From: Bacillota bacterium
GTDB lineage: Bacteria; Bacillota; TC1
Length of the DNA: 64,000 bases
Assembly: GCA_028683955.1 (NCBI GenBank)
Contig: JAQUGR010000008.1
Span: 5,371-69,370 of the forward strand
Reading direction: 5' to 3'
Shown here: positions 48,895 through 57,802 of the stretch, one piece after another
How positions within the stretch are numbered: the stretch's first letter is position 1
How the letters are laid out: the number at the start of each line of letters is the position of its first letter
Notes under the pieces: model-generated
Told to the model about the DNA's origin: nothing
Databases searched by the model: none
Seen by the model: the letters and a program-made list of their open reading frames with translations, nothing else
Program-made: the position numbers and the translations under genes

Positions 48895-50250
48895 TTAATC
48901 TGCACATTTAAATATTGAAGATTGTACATTTTCACCATGTGCTCTAAGTTTTTCCATAAATGACGGTACTATACCTGTTGGCAAATAGTGACCAATTACT
49001 TTATTTGTTTCATCAAATCCTTCTTGATTGTAACGGAATATATCTTGTAAAGTTATTGTATCATTTTCCATACCTATTACTTCAGTAATCTTTGTAATTT
49101 TTCTTGTACCATCGTTAAACCTAGATATTTGAATAATTAAATCTAAGGCAGAAGAAATTTGTTCCCTTATTGCTCTAGAAGGTAAATCCATACCAGCCAT
49201 TAAAACCATTGTTTCTATCCTAGAAAGTGCATCCCTTGGACTGTTGGAGTGAACTGTGGTTATAGATCCATCATGACCAGTATTCATAGCTTGTAGCATG
49301 TCTAAAGCTTCTCCACTCCTTACCTCCCCAACTATTATCCTATCTGGTCTCATCCTCAAAGAATTTACTACTAAATCTCTTATTGTTATTCTACCTTTAC
49401 CTTCTATATTTGCAGTCCTACTTTCCAAAGTTACAACGTGATCTTGTTGAAGCTGCATCTCAGCAGCATCCTCTATTGTAACAATTCTTTCATCATGTGA
49501 AATAAAACCTGAAATAACATTCATCAATGTTGTTTTACCACTACCAGTACCACCTGATACTATAATATTCAGCCTACCTCGAACACATGAACGCAGAAAC
49601 TTTGCCATACTCATATTTAGTGAACCAAAAGTTATTAAATCTTCTAAACCATATGGGTCAGTTGAAAATTTTCTTATTGTAATTGTAGGTCCTTTAATAG
49701 CCAAAGGTGGAATAATTATGTTTACACGAGAACCATCTGGAAGTCTTGCATCAACCATTGGGCTACTTTCATCTACTCTTCTTCCAATGGGTGCAACAAT
49801 TTTATCAATAGTATGTAAAACATGTTGATTATTCCTGAAAACTTTATCTGTCTTTTCTATCTTACCTAATCTCTCAATATAAATTGAATTATAGCCGTTA
49901 ACCATTACTTCAGTTATTGTTGGATCTTCAAGCAATGATGTTATTGGTCCAAAAGCAATGATTTCATCCAATACAAGTTTAGCTATTTTTTGTTTATCTC
50001 CGGGTAAAAAATGTTTATTGCTTTTTCCAGCCAACTCATTCATTGTAGACATAATCTGTTCTTCAAGAATTTTCAAATCCTCATTATTATTCTTATTTGG
50101 AGTAAATGTTAAATCATCTATTACTCCCTCAAGTACGATTATTGCAAAATCTTCGAATTCTTTTTTTCTTTTTTCTTGAATGTCTTCAGTTGGTTTTTTG
50201 TCATCATTTATTACTTCATTTTGATTTGTTCCAAAATTTACAAAGTTCAT
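48895..50250 (-). CDS. tadA: Tad pilus secretion ATPase CpaF/TadA
   Basis: Walker A GGTGSGKTT, then the Asp box and His box (RPDRIIVGEVRSGEALDMLQAMNTGHDGSITTVHSN). Confidence 0.93.
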   Translation of the reverse strand: MNFVNFGTNQNEVINDDKKPTEDIQEKRKKEFEDFAIIVLEGVIDDLTFTPNKNNNEDLKILEEQIMSTMNELAGKSNKHFLPGDKQKIAKLVLDEIIAFGPITSLLEDPTITEVMVNGYNSIYIERLGKIEKTDKVFRNNQHVLHTIDKIVAPIGRRVDESSPMVDARLPDGSRVNIIIPPLAIKGPTITIRKFSTDPYGLEDLITFGSLNMSMAKFLRSCVRGRLNIIVSGGTGSGKTTLMNVISGFISHDERIVTIEDAAEMQLQQDHVVTLESRTANIEGKGRITIRDLVVNSLRMRPDRIIVGEVRSGEALDMLQAMNTGHDGSITTVHSNSPRDALSRIETMVLMAGMDLPSRAIREQISSALDLIIQISRFNDGTRKITKITEVIGMENDTITLQDIFRYNQEGFDETNKVIGHYLPTGIVPSFMEKLRAHGENVQSSIFKCAD

Positions 50251-50272
50251 AATACAACCCTCTCATATACCA

Positions 50273-51433
50273 CTATTTTTCTTCACCTACAATATTGCTA
50301 ACAATATTACTGAAGCTTTTACCTATTTCACTTCTAGGATATTTCTGTACATATGGTATTCCTTGATTTAAAGAAGCCATAACTTTCAGATAATCATCAG
50401 GCACTTTATAAAATATATCAAATCCTAATATCTTTTCAATATCATTAGACCTTATATCACTGTTTTTAGAAAATTTATTAAGTACAATGTTGATTTTATT
50501 TTTAGGGTAATTGAAATCCGTTAAAGTTGTAATTGCACCTTTAATATTTTTGACAGACATAATTTCTGGTGTTGTAATTAAAAATAGTTTTTCAGAAAAT
50601 ACAAAAGCTGGATTAGTAGTTTCCGTAAATCTAGATGACATATCAATAATAATATAATCATATGCAGATTGTAATGTTTTTATTATTATCTGAATATGTT
50701 CAGTATTTATAAAATCATTAACATTAGCTTCTTTACTAGCAGCTAAAACTTTTAGACCTGACTCATGATTAGTTAAAAATGTTTCAATATAATCTGGATC
50801 TATACTTTTAATATCATCAATAACATCAATAATAGTAAATTTTGGCACTATATCTAGAGCTAGAGAAATATTTCCATAATCTAAATCAAAATCCAATAAA
50901 CAGACTTTTTTATTGGTTTCTTTTAATAAAGTTATAGCTAAATTAGTTGCAAAAAATGTTTTACCTGTGCCACCTTTTGTACTGAAAACTGAATAAACTT
51001 GTCCATATCCACTTTTCTTTTTCTTAGTTATATCAACCTTACGGTGATGTTCTAATCTTTTCTTAGTTAGCTTATTAGCCTTATATATTGAATCTACAAG
51101 TTTATTTGGTTTTACAGGAAGTAAAATAACATCCTTTGCACCTGAAAAAATCGCTTGATACATAGTATCTTCATTAATTTCTTTTTCAAGAATAATAGTA
51201 GCTTTATCAATAAATTCTGTTGAAAGATTTTCTGCTATTTCATATCCTCCACCATTAAAACTGTTAGAAACTAGAATAACATCTACAAAGTCGCTTTCTA
51301 TTATTGCAATAGCTTCCTCAAGATCATCTGGTGTTCTTGCAATTTCAATATAATCAATATTGGCTAGTGCGTTTTCTATGTCAAATCTTTCTTCAAGATT
51401 GTTGTCTAAAATAATTACTTTGATTTTATCCAT
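50273..51433 (-). CDS. tadZ: TadZ/CpaE: atypical (pseudo) receiver domain fused to a ParA/MinD-like ATPase
   Basis: The N-terminus has a REC-like fold. The C-terminus has the deviant Walker A STKGGTGKTF. I set the start at the ATG at 51433, preceded by GGAAAGGAAGG. Confidence 0.85.
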   Translation of the reverse strand: MDKIKVIILDNNLEERFDIENALANIDYIEIARTPDDLEEAIAIIESDFVDVILVSNSFNGGGYEIAENLSTEFIDKATIILEKEINEDTMYQAIFSGAKDVILLPVKPNKLVDSIYKANKLTKKRLEHHRKVDITKKKKSGYGQVYSVFSTKGGTGKTFFATNLAITLLKETNKKVCLLDFDLDYGNISLALDIVPKFTIIDVIDDIKSIDPDYIETFLTNHESGLKVLAASKEANVNDFINTEHIQIIIKTLQSAYDYIIIDMSSRFTETTNPAFVFSEKLFLITTPEIMSVKNIKGAITTLTDFNYPKNKINIVLNKFSKNSDIRSNDIEKILGFDIFYKVPDDYLKVMASLNQGIPYVQKYPRSEIGKSFSNIVSNIVGEEK

Positions 51434-51438
51434 TGAAA

Positions 51439-52158
51439 TTACCTTCCTTTCCAACTAGCAATATTATTATCACCATAAGATGGTAATGTAACTATTTTGT
51501 TATCTGTAGGATTTCTCAAGATTACTGCTATGGGGTTACTCATATTTAATGCGTAAGCAACCACTTCAGCCTGTGCTGGAGTAACCAATATAGTCAGTGA
51601 CTCTGTTAAGCCACTGTTTATTGCTTGTAAATCTAAATTATTACCAGCATTAACACCTTTTTCTAAGACAATGATATTTTGAAGTTTAGTAGTTGTTATA
51701 TTTTTCCCGCTAACTACATCATTAATCAATATATCTATTTTATCTCCAATTGAAACGTACCCAGCTACACCAGTAGTTTCTTTAATAGGTATAGAAATAG
51801 CCCTCATATTTTCCGGTATAGTATAAGATACTGAAGCATTTGCTTGTCCTATAGCTAATCTCTCGGTTATAATTTGCTCCCCAGATATAATATTTGTACT
51901 TGTTATTTGACCTACAGCTTCACTTATACTTCTAATAGCATTAGCTTGAATAGCACTTGCTGGAATTTCTTTAACTGTAACCATATTATTAGTTATCTCT
52001 GTATTAGCAGGTATATCACTAATTGCGACAATAACTTCACTGTTTTTCAAACTAACTGGTATTTGGTTACTGCTATTATTAATATAGCTTACTGTTAAAA
52101 ATGCTGTAATTAAACCTGCGATAATAGCTATAATATAGATTCTCTTTTTAATTTTCAT
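51439..52158 (-). CDS. cpaB: Flp pilus assembly protein CpaB/RcpC (SAF domain)
   Basis: An N-terminal TM is followed by a SAF-like segment (VVAISDIPANTEIT) and a beta-rich C-terminus. Confidence 0.8.
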   Translation of the reverse strand: MKIKKRIYIIAIIAGLITAFLTVSYINNSSNQIPVSLKNSEVIVAISDIPANTEITNNMVTVKEIPASAIQANAIRSISEAVGQITSTNIISGEQIITERLAIGQANASVSYTIPENMRAISIPIKETTGVAGYVSIGDKIDILINDVVSGKNITTTKLQNIIVLEKGVNAGNNLDLQAINSGLTESLTILVTPAQAEVVAYALNMSNPIAVILRNPTDNKIVTLPSYGDNNIASWKGR

Positions 52159-52180
52159 TGGATAATCACTCTCCCTTATA

Positions 52181-53296
52181 TTATTGAATTAGTTTACTGT
52201 ATTTTGCACCACTTGTGATTGTTAATATATTACCATCTTGATCATTTTTTTCAATAATCACCTCAAGTTCTCTTACTTCTCCAGTGAATTTACCGTATAT
52301 TGTTCCTTTTTCGTAGTCATTTCCTTCATTATCCGCTGGACTATATGTTTTACCTGTACCTATTTTAGTATAATTTGAGCCTAATAAAGCTTCTGGTGAG
52401 CCTGTATTGGTTTTTGTCATCACATCAATTATTTCATATACTGCAAATGATTTAATTTGAAAATATACTGTATTTCCTGAACTGCTATAAAATTCTGCAA
52501 TAGGAACTAGTCCATACATATAAGCTCTTCGGTCTGTAGGAGTTTCTAATTTTTGTGCATTTTTCATTCTTGTTTCAACAGAACCTATAACAGACTGAGC
52601 AACACCACTTTTTCCTTCAAACACTGTATCTAATGCCAATGTTATTTTAGTAGGAACACCTTCAATTGCTTCATTTATAATATTTTGTCCATTCCAAGCA
52701 GGATCTAGGTAAATATATCCTCTTTGATTTGGAAATAATGAATCATTAAAAGACATTTTTCCACTATGCAGTGTATTACTACTTAAAAATAAATCTGGTG
52801 TTGTATATAATGGCAACAACTGTCCTGCTGTAACATTAGTAACATAACCCCAAGTAGCTATAGCTACTCCATTTACATCCAAATTAAACTTATCAATAAA
52901 CCTAAAGAAAATTAATTTTTCATCAGTAGTTACTTTTACTTTTATTACATCTCTATAGTCAGTCGTACCATCAGCTAACTTAATATTCATTTTTTCAATA
53001 ACAACTTCTGGTTCACCTTGTGCTCCATTTTCAATTGCTATATTTTTTGCAATAGTAATCGCTCTTGCTTTTATTTGACTTATAGAAGATTCACTACTTT
53101 CACTTAATGTCTTTTCCATCTCTTTAGCCCCTGCTAATGCTGCTGCATCTGCAGATGTTATCATCTGTTTTCTTGTACTATAGACAAATCCTACATCAAT
53201 TACAACAGCAGAGAATACTAATATTACGAATAAGAATATCAACATCGTAAAAATACTTACTGATCCTCTATTGCTTTTCATGAATTCTTTTTTCAT
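52181..53296 (-). CDS. TadG-like pilus-associated protein (Tad N-terminal domain)
   Basis: RGSVSIFTMLIFLFVILVFSAVVIDVGFVYSTRKQMITSADAAALAGA is the TadE/G-like N-terminal signature. The product is 371 aa. Confidence 0.75.
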   Translation of the reverse strand: MKKEFMKSNRGSVSIFTMLIFLFVILVFSAVVIDVGFVYSTRKQMITSADAAALAGAKEMEKTLSESSESSISQIKARAITIAKNIAIENGAQGEPEVVIEKMNIKLADGTTDYRDVIKVKVTTDEKLIFFRFIDKFNLDVNGVAIATWGYVTNVTAGQLLPLYTTPDLFLSSNTLHSGKMSFNDSLFPNQRGYIYLDPAWNGQNIINEAIEGVPTKITLALDTVFEGKSGVAQSVIGSVETRMKNAQKLETPTDRRAYMYGLVPIAEFYSSSGNTVYFQIKSFAVYEIIDVMTKTNTGSPEALLGSNYTKIGTGKTYSPADNEGNDYEKGTIYGKFTGEVRELEVIIEKNDQDGNILTITSGAKYSKLIQ

Positions 53297-53308
53297 AATA
53301 ATCCCCTC

Positions 53309-53728
53309 CTACTCAATTCTCATGATGGCTTTTGCATTAATTTCAAATGGGTCATCAACAAATATACCAATTAAAGGTTTTACATTACCTTTAATTTCTA
53401 CAATTGCATTTCTCACATTATTAACAGTATCTTCTTCCTCATAATAATTATAGTGAGTACTATCATTAACTAAGGTTATGCCACTAGTACCTGTAACAGC
53501 TTTATCAGCTGCGTCGAAGGCTCTTGAATCTCTACTAACAGTTGAAACTACTGCAGCCCGTACCCCTTCTCTTGCTGCACTGGTCAAAGTAATCTTTGCA
53601 TTTAGTAACCATCCATATTCTAATATTCCTAATATAAATATTAATAATATAGGGATAACTAAAGCAAACTCAACTAATGACTGCCCACTTTCCTTATTTT
53701 CTCTTTTTAACGATCTTATTAATTTCAT
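53309..53728 (-). CDS. tadE: TadE-like pseudopilin
   Basis: ESGQSLVEFALVIPILL contains the G/xxxxEF processing motif, followed by LTSAAREGVRAA. I set the start at the ATG at 53728, preceded by GGAGAGGTG. Confidence 0.85.
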   Translation of the reverse strand: MKLIRSLKRENKESGQSLVEFALVIPILLIFILGILEYGWLLNAKITLTSAAREGVRAAVVSTVSRDSRAFDAADKAVTGTSGITLVNDSTHYNYYEEEDTVNNVRNAIVEIKGNVKPLIGIFVDDPFEINAKAIMRIE

Positions 53729-53746
53729 TACAAACACCTCTCCACT

Positions 53747-54328
53747 TTATAGTAGATTGCTTACATTTCCAATTAAAACAGCTATTGTGCCAAATGCTAT
53801 TGGTATTGCATATGGAATATATAAATCTGGGTTTTCCTTTTTTACACTATCAAAATATGTGAATATTCTTCTTGCTGTTTTATTACCAAAATTTAAATAT
53901 ATTATTTTCGTTATAGGTCTAATGAACATACCAAACATATTTATTATTGTTTGCAATAATTGTTTTTTATATATTATATATACTACAACTATAATGCCTC
54001 CAGCTAATCCGGCTGCAACTAAAGAATTAAAAGTAAAATTCAAACCTTTAAGTGCACCAATAGCAGCCATAAGTTTTAAATCTCCAGCTCCCATAAACCC
54101 GATAATGAATGGGATTAAGAAAATAAAGAAACCTAAAAGAAATCCGTAAAAACTATCTTGCAAACCAATAAATCCACCTTTTACCGTCATTAAAATAAAA
54201 CCACTAAGTAACGCCGGAATCGTATATTTATTAGGAATAATCTTTAATTTCACATCAGTGTAACTAGCTAATATCAATAACATAACTAACAATATATCTA
54301 TACTTATTTCTACGATTAACTCAAACAT
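53747..54328 (-). CDS. tadV: Prepilin peptidase TadV/CpaA (A24 family)
   Basis: The 193-aa polytopic protein has Asp contexts YTDVKLKIIPN and MGAGDLKLMAAIG. Confidence 0.85.
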   Translation of the reverse strand: MFELIVEISIDILLVMLLILASYTDVKLKIIPNKYTIPALLSGFILMTVKGGFIGLQDSFYGFLLGFFIFLIPFIIGFMGAGDLKLMAAIGALKGLNFTFNSLVAAGLAGGIIVVVYIIYKKQLLQTIINMFGMFIRPITKIIYLNFGNKTARRIFTYFDSVKKENPDLYIPYAIPIAFGTIAVLIGNVSNLL

Positions 54329-54344
54329 CTTACTCCTTAATTAA

Positions 54345-54533
54345 TTATTCAGTAATAGTATCAACTGCTGTATTTATTTCACCATCAAGACCACCAAATA
54401 CCCCTACGATACCATCACCAAATATAGTTAGGGCTGCAACAGCAACAACTATAATTAAAACAATAAGTAAACCATATTCAACCAAACCTTGACCACTTTC
54501 ATTTAATATAATTCTTTTAAATAAATCTTTCAT
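54345..54533 (-). CDS. flp: Flp family type IVb pilin (copy 1, 62 aa)
   Basis: MKDLFKRIILNESGQGLVEYGLLIVLIIV contains the Flp G/xxxxEY motif. The ATG at 54533 is preceded by AAGGAGTG. Confidence 0.9.
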   Translation of the reverse strand: MKDLFKRIILNESGQGLVEYGLLIVLIIVVAVAALTIFGDGIVGVFGGLDGEINTAVDTITE

Positions 54534-54589
54534 AATAAACACTCCTTACTTTAATTACAAGATATCTTATTACTACTCTATTTACTTAT

Positions 54590-54618
54590 ATTATCACTTT
54601 TTATTGACCTTTAGTCAA
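54590..54618 (-). promoter_or_regulatory. Candidate internal promoter in front of flp copy 1
   Basis: The minus strand reads TTGACT, a 17-nt spacer, then GATAAT. These hexamers and the spacing are the same as at the flp copy 2 promoter. The -35 lies inside the palindrome TTGAC-CTTTA-GTCAA. Confidence 0.45.
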
Positions 54619-54687
54619 TAATTATAAACAATTTACTAGTCTCATAAAAGATATATCTAATCACTTTTTATGAATTTAACTTAATAA

Positions 54688-54721
54688 AAGAATAAAGCCT
54701 CCAAAAGGAGGCTTTATTCTT
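54688..54721 (-). terminator. Strong hairpin (partial terminator) between the two flp genes
   Basis: A 15-bp perfect stem AAGAATAAAGCCTCC-TTTT-GGAGGCTTTATTCTT, followed by TTATT. Confidence 0.65.
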
Positions 54722-54738
54722 AATAATTAAACTTAATA

Positions 54739-54927
54739 TTAATCTCCAGCTACTGCTCCAGCAGCATCAGTTACTTGACCATCGATACCACCGAATAATG
54801 CTGCTATGCTATCTCCGAATACAGTCAATGCTGCAACTGCGATAACAATAATCAATACGATTAAAAGACCATATTCCACTAAACCTTGTCCACTTTCGTC
54901 TTTCCATAGTTTTTGTAATAATTTCAT
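54739..54927 (-). CDS. flp: Flp family type IVb pilin (copy 2, 62 aa)
   Basis: MKLLQKLWKDESGQGLVEYGLLIVLIIV. The ATG at 54927 is preceded by GGGGAG. The 34-codon N-terminal extension in the track contains the promoter. Confidence 0.9.
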   Translation of the reverse strand: MKLLQKLWKDESGQGLVEYGLLIVLIIVIAVAALTVFGDSIAALFGGIDGQVTDAAGAVAGD

Positions 54928-54987
54928 CTCAATCTCCCCTTTTCGTGTTTCTAAAATACACCTATATTTATTAGGTTTCTTATATAT

Positions 54988-55016
54988 ATTATCATACCTA
55001 TCACTTATATAGTCAA
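54988..55016 (-). promoter_or_regulatory. Sigma-A type promoter of the Tad/Flp operon
   Basis: The minus strand reads TTGACT, a 17-nt spacer, then GATAAT, about 60 nt upstream of the flp copy 2 ATG. Confidence 0.55.
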
Positions 55017-55111
55017 GGTTTTTAAACATATTTATATATTTGCGATCAATTTATCAATACAACCCTAACCTAAACTTAAGATAAACTTTACACCATCTAC
55101 TAATTACTTTT

Positions 55112-57262
55112 TTATTGTAGATTAAAATAATCTACCAGTCTATTAGCCAAATAACTATTTCTTTTTAAAACATGCTCTCTTTTAATAGTCGCTCCAATTA
55201 CTTCATCTGTTGAAATAAGAACTAATAATTTTTTTGCTCTAGTTACAGCTGTATATAACAAGTTTTTCTCTAACATAATATAATGTTGACTGGAAAGAAG
55301 TATAACTACAACCTCATATTCACTTCCTTGGCTTTTATGAATCGTTACACAATAACCTAGCAGCAATTCATCTAATTCACTTTGTTCAAAAGGAATAATG
55401 TCACCATCAAAATCTACCATTAACATACAATCATCGTCAATGTCTACAATTTTACCAATATCACCATTAAATATTCTTTTCTCATAGTTGTTTCTAATTT
55501 GCATAACCTTATCACCTATACGAAAAATATTATCTCCATAAATCAAAGATTTCCCATGTGGATTTAATACACCTTGTATAACTTTATTTAAATTTACACT
55601 TCCATGGATACCTTTTTTCATAGGAACTAGTACTTGTATATCTTTAATAGGATTAATCCCGTACTTTTCAGGAAGTCGAACAGCACAAAGATCAACCAAT
55701 AATTCAACTGCTTTTTCAGCTTTTGGTTCTCTTATATAAAAGAAGTCACTATCATTGTTATTAGTTAAATCTGGTTTTTGTTTCTTATTGATTAAATGTG
55801 CATTTTTTATGATTTTACTTTCTTTAGCTTGTCTAAAAATTTCTTCTAAATATACCACTGGGACAACGTGAGAATCAATTATATCTCTTAAAATACTTCC
55901 AGGACCAACTGATGGCAATTGATCAACATCACCAGCAAATATTATAGATGCTTTATCAGGTAAAGCTATTAAAAAACTATATAGCAAATTTACATCAATC
56001 ATTGAACACTCATCTAAAATAAACACATTTCCATCTAATTTATTTTCATTATTCCTTTGAAAACCAGTTTCCATATTATATTCTAACAAACGATGAATTG
56101 TCTGCCCTTCACAACCTGTAACTTCAGATAAACGCTTAGCGGCTCTACCCGTAGGAGCTGCTAATACAACTGATAAATGCATTTTTTTCAACATTTCAAT
56201 TATGCCAATTACCGTGGTTGTTTTGCCAGTGCCAGGTCCACCAGTAACAACTAATATTTTACTTAGGTAACTTAATCTGATTGCATTGATTTGTGCATCA
56301 TTATATAACAACTTATTTTCATCAATTAAATCATTTATTATTCTATCAATATTTTCAGTTTCATTTAAATTATTTATTTCACTCAATCGATATAATTCTT
56401 TAACAATACCAGTTTCTGCTAAATACAAATAAGGTAAATAAATTCTCTCTTTATTTTCCTCGTTAGATAAATATAACTTGTTTTCCTTTATTAATATATC
56501 TAATGCATATGAAATTTGTTCATTTTCAATATTTACAATTTTACCCACAAAGGCTTCAAGTTCATTTCTATAAACAAATACATGTCCTGATCTACTTTTG
56601 TCCCTTAAAGCATAAAATATAGCAGCTTTTGACCTTGCCAATGAATTTTCTTCGAATCCCATTTTAAGAGCAATTTGATCAGCTATAATAAAACCAATAC
56701 CAACAATATCCTCTGCCAGTTGATATGGATTTTTAGAGACAATATCAATACTGTCTTTCCCATAATTTCTATAAATTTTCAAAGCATAATTAGAAGATAT
56801 ACCAAACCCACTTAGAAATAACATAACTTCTTTAATATCTTTTTGTTTTTCAACTGATAAAATTATAGAATTGACTTTCTTTGATCCAATGCCAGGAATC
56901 TCTAACAATCTTTTAGTATTTAACTCTAAAATATCTAAAGTGCTTTCACCAAATTTTTCTATAATTTTTTTTGCATAAACTGGACCAATCCCCTTTATGA
57001 GTCCACTAGCTAAGTATCTTTCAATATTATCTAATGTTAGAGGCGGTCTCTCGCAATAATTAACCGCCTCAAATTGTTCTCCATATTTATTCATACTTAC
57101 TTGGCCTGATATCTCAAGACTTATACCTGGGTGAATGTTATAAAAAATGCCTTTAACAGTAATAATTTGCTTATCATTATCAGATTTTAACCTAAAAATG
57201 GTAAAATCATTACTAATATTTCTATAAACAATTCTTTCAACTGTACCAGTAATTTTTTCCAT
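55112..57262 (-). CDS. recD2: SF1B ATP-dependent DNA helicase RecD2
   Basis: The 716-aa product has HhH motifs (IKGIGPVYAKKI, IPGIGSKKV), Walker A GGPGTGKTT, and C-terminal VTIHKSQGSEY. Confidence 0.9.
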   Translation of the reverse strand: MEKITGTVERIVYRNISNDFTIFRLKSDNDKQIITVKGIFYNIHPGISLEISGQVSMNKYGEQFEAVNYCERPPLTLDNIERYLASGLIKGIGPVYAKKIIEKFGESTLDILELNTKRLLEIPGIGSKKVNSIILSVEKQKDIKEVMLFLSGFGISSNYALKIYRNYGKDSIDIVSKNPYQLAEDIVGIGFIIADQIALKMGFEENSLARSKAAIFYALRDKSRSGHVFVYRNELEAFVGKIVNIENEQISYALDILIKENKLYLSNEENKERIYLPYLYLAETGIVKELYRLSEINNLNETENIDRIINDLIDENKLLYNDAQINAIRLSYLSKILVVTGGPGTGKTTTVIGIIEMLKKMHLSVVLAAPTGRAAKRLSEVTGCEGQTIHRLLEYNMETGFQRNNENKLDGNVFILDECSMIDVNLLYSFLIALPDKASIIFAGDVDQLPSVGPGSILRDIIDSHVVPVVYLEEIFRQAKESKIIKNAHLINKKQKPDLTNNNDSDFFYIREPKAEKAVELLVDLCAVRLPEKYGINPIKDIQVLVPMKKGIHGSVNLNKVIQGVLNPHGKSLIYGDNIFRIGDKVMQIRNNYEKRIFNGDIGKIVDIDDDCMLMVDFDGDIIPFEQSELDELLLGYCVTIHKSQGSEYEVVVILLSSQHYIMLEKNLLYTAVTRAKKLLVLISTDEVIGATIKREHVLKRNSYLANRLVDYFNLQ

Positions 57263-57263
57263 T

Positions 57264-57515
57264 TTATTTATCCGTTCTTTTATTAATAATCGAATTTACT
57301 AAATCTTTATGTTGTTTTTTTAATCTGTAATACTTAATAGCAAAAACACTTGTTGTCCATAGAATCCCTATTATTATAAACATCAGCATAAAAAAACTTA
57401 TAGGTATATTCTTAATGACCAATCCTAAAAAATTTATTGTAATAACTCCTGGATTCATTTGACTTAATACTATTAAAAATATCAATATTATTAAAGTAAA
57501 AAACAACACTATCAT
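57264..57515 (-). CDS. LapA-domain (DUF1049) small membrane protein
   Basis: The 83-aa product has two TM helices followed by a basic tail (YYRLKKQHKDL). Confidence 0.55.
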   Translation of the reverse strand: MIVLFFTLIILIFLIVLSQMNPGVITINFLGLVIKNIPISFFMLMFIIIGILWTTSVFAIKYYRLKKQHKDLVNSIINKRTDK

Positions 57516-57529
57516 AATAAACTCTCCTC

Positions 57530-57802
57530 CTATACTTTGTTACTGCCAAGTTCCATCATTTTAGCTAAGTCTTTAAGTTGCTTATATTCTTTTTGAATTT
57601 TATTTTTTTCGTCTAGAATTTGTAAAGCAACCAAAGACATTATTTGTATGTCAGAATGCTTATTATCCATACTTTCAGCAGATTCAATTCTTTGATTTAA
57701 TTCTTCAACTAAATTTTTCAAATAAGAATCATCATCCGTTGTTTTTAAAAGATATTTACGATCGAATATCATTACTTCGATATTTTTAAAATCTTTACTC
57801 AT
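57530..57802 (-). CDS. zapA: Cell division protein ZapA
   Basis: The 90-aa product has IEVMIFDRKYLLKT and a coiled-coil tail. It keeps the conserved position after pheT. Confidence 0.75.
   Translation of the reverse strand: MSKDFKNIEVMIFDRKYLLKTTDDDSYLKNLVEELNQRIESAESMDNKHSDIQIMSLVALQILDEKNKIQKEYKQLKDLAKMMELGSNKV

Noticed and set aside
53478-54149. A 223-aa plus-strand ORF (plus the 61-aa ORF at 53677-53862) antisense to tadE/tadV.
   Set aside because: It is a shadow ORF opposite well-supported Tad genes. The composition is low-complexity and hydrophobic, and there is no SD or promoter.
54928-55029. The 34-codon N-terminal extension of flp copy 2 in the ORF track. Similar extensions occur on pheS, pyrD, pyrF, rpoZ, atpH, tadZ, tadE, flp1 and the rubredoxin fusion.
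   Set aside because: In each case an internal ATG is preceded by a good Shine-Dalgarno sequence and gives the family-typical N-terminus. The extensions contain promoters or overlap upstream genes.
45464-55111. The Tad locus considered as a horizontally acquired genomic island or mobile element.
   Set aside because: I found no integrase, transposase, flanking direct repeats or adjacent tRNA. The AT-richness and codon style look like the flanking housekeeping genes by eye. I could not compute compositional statistics, so this stays open but unsupported.
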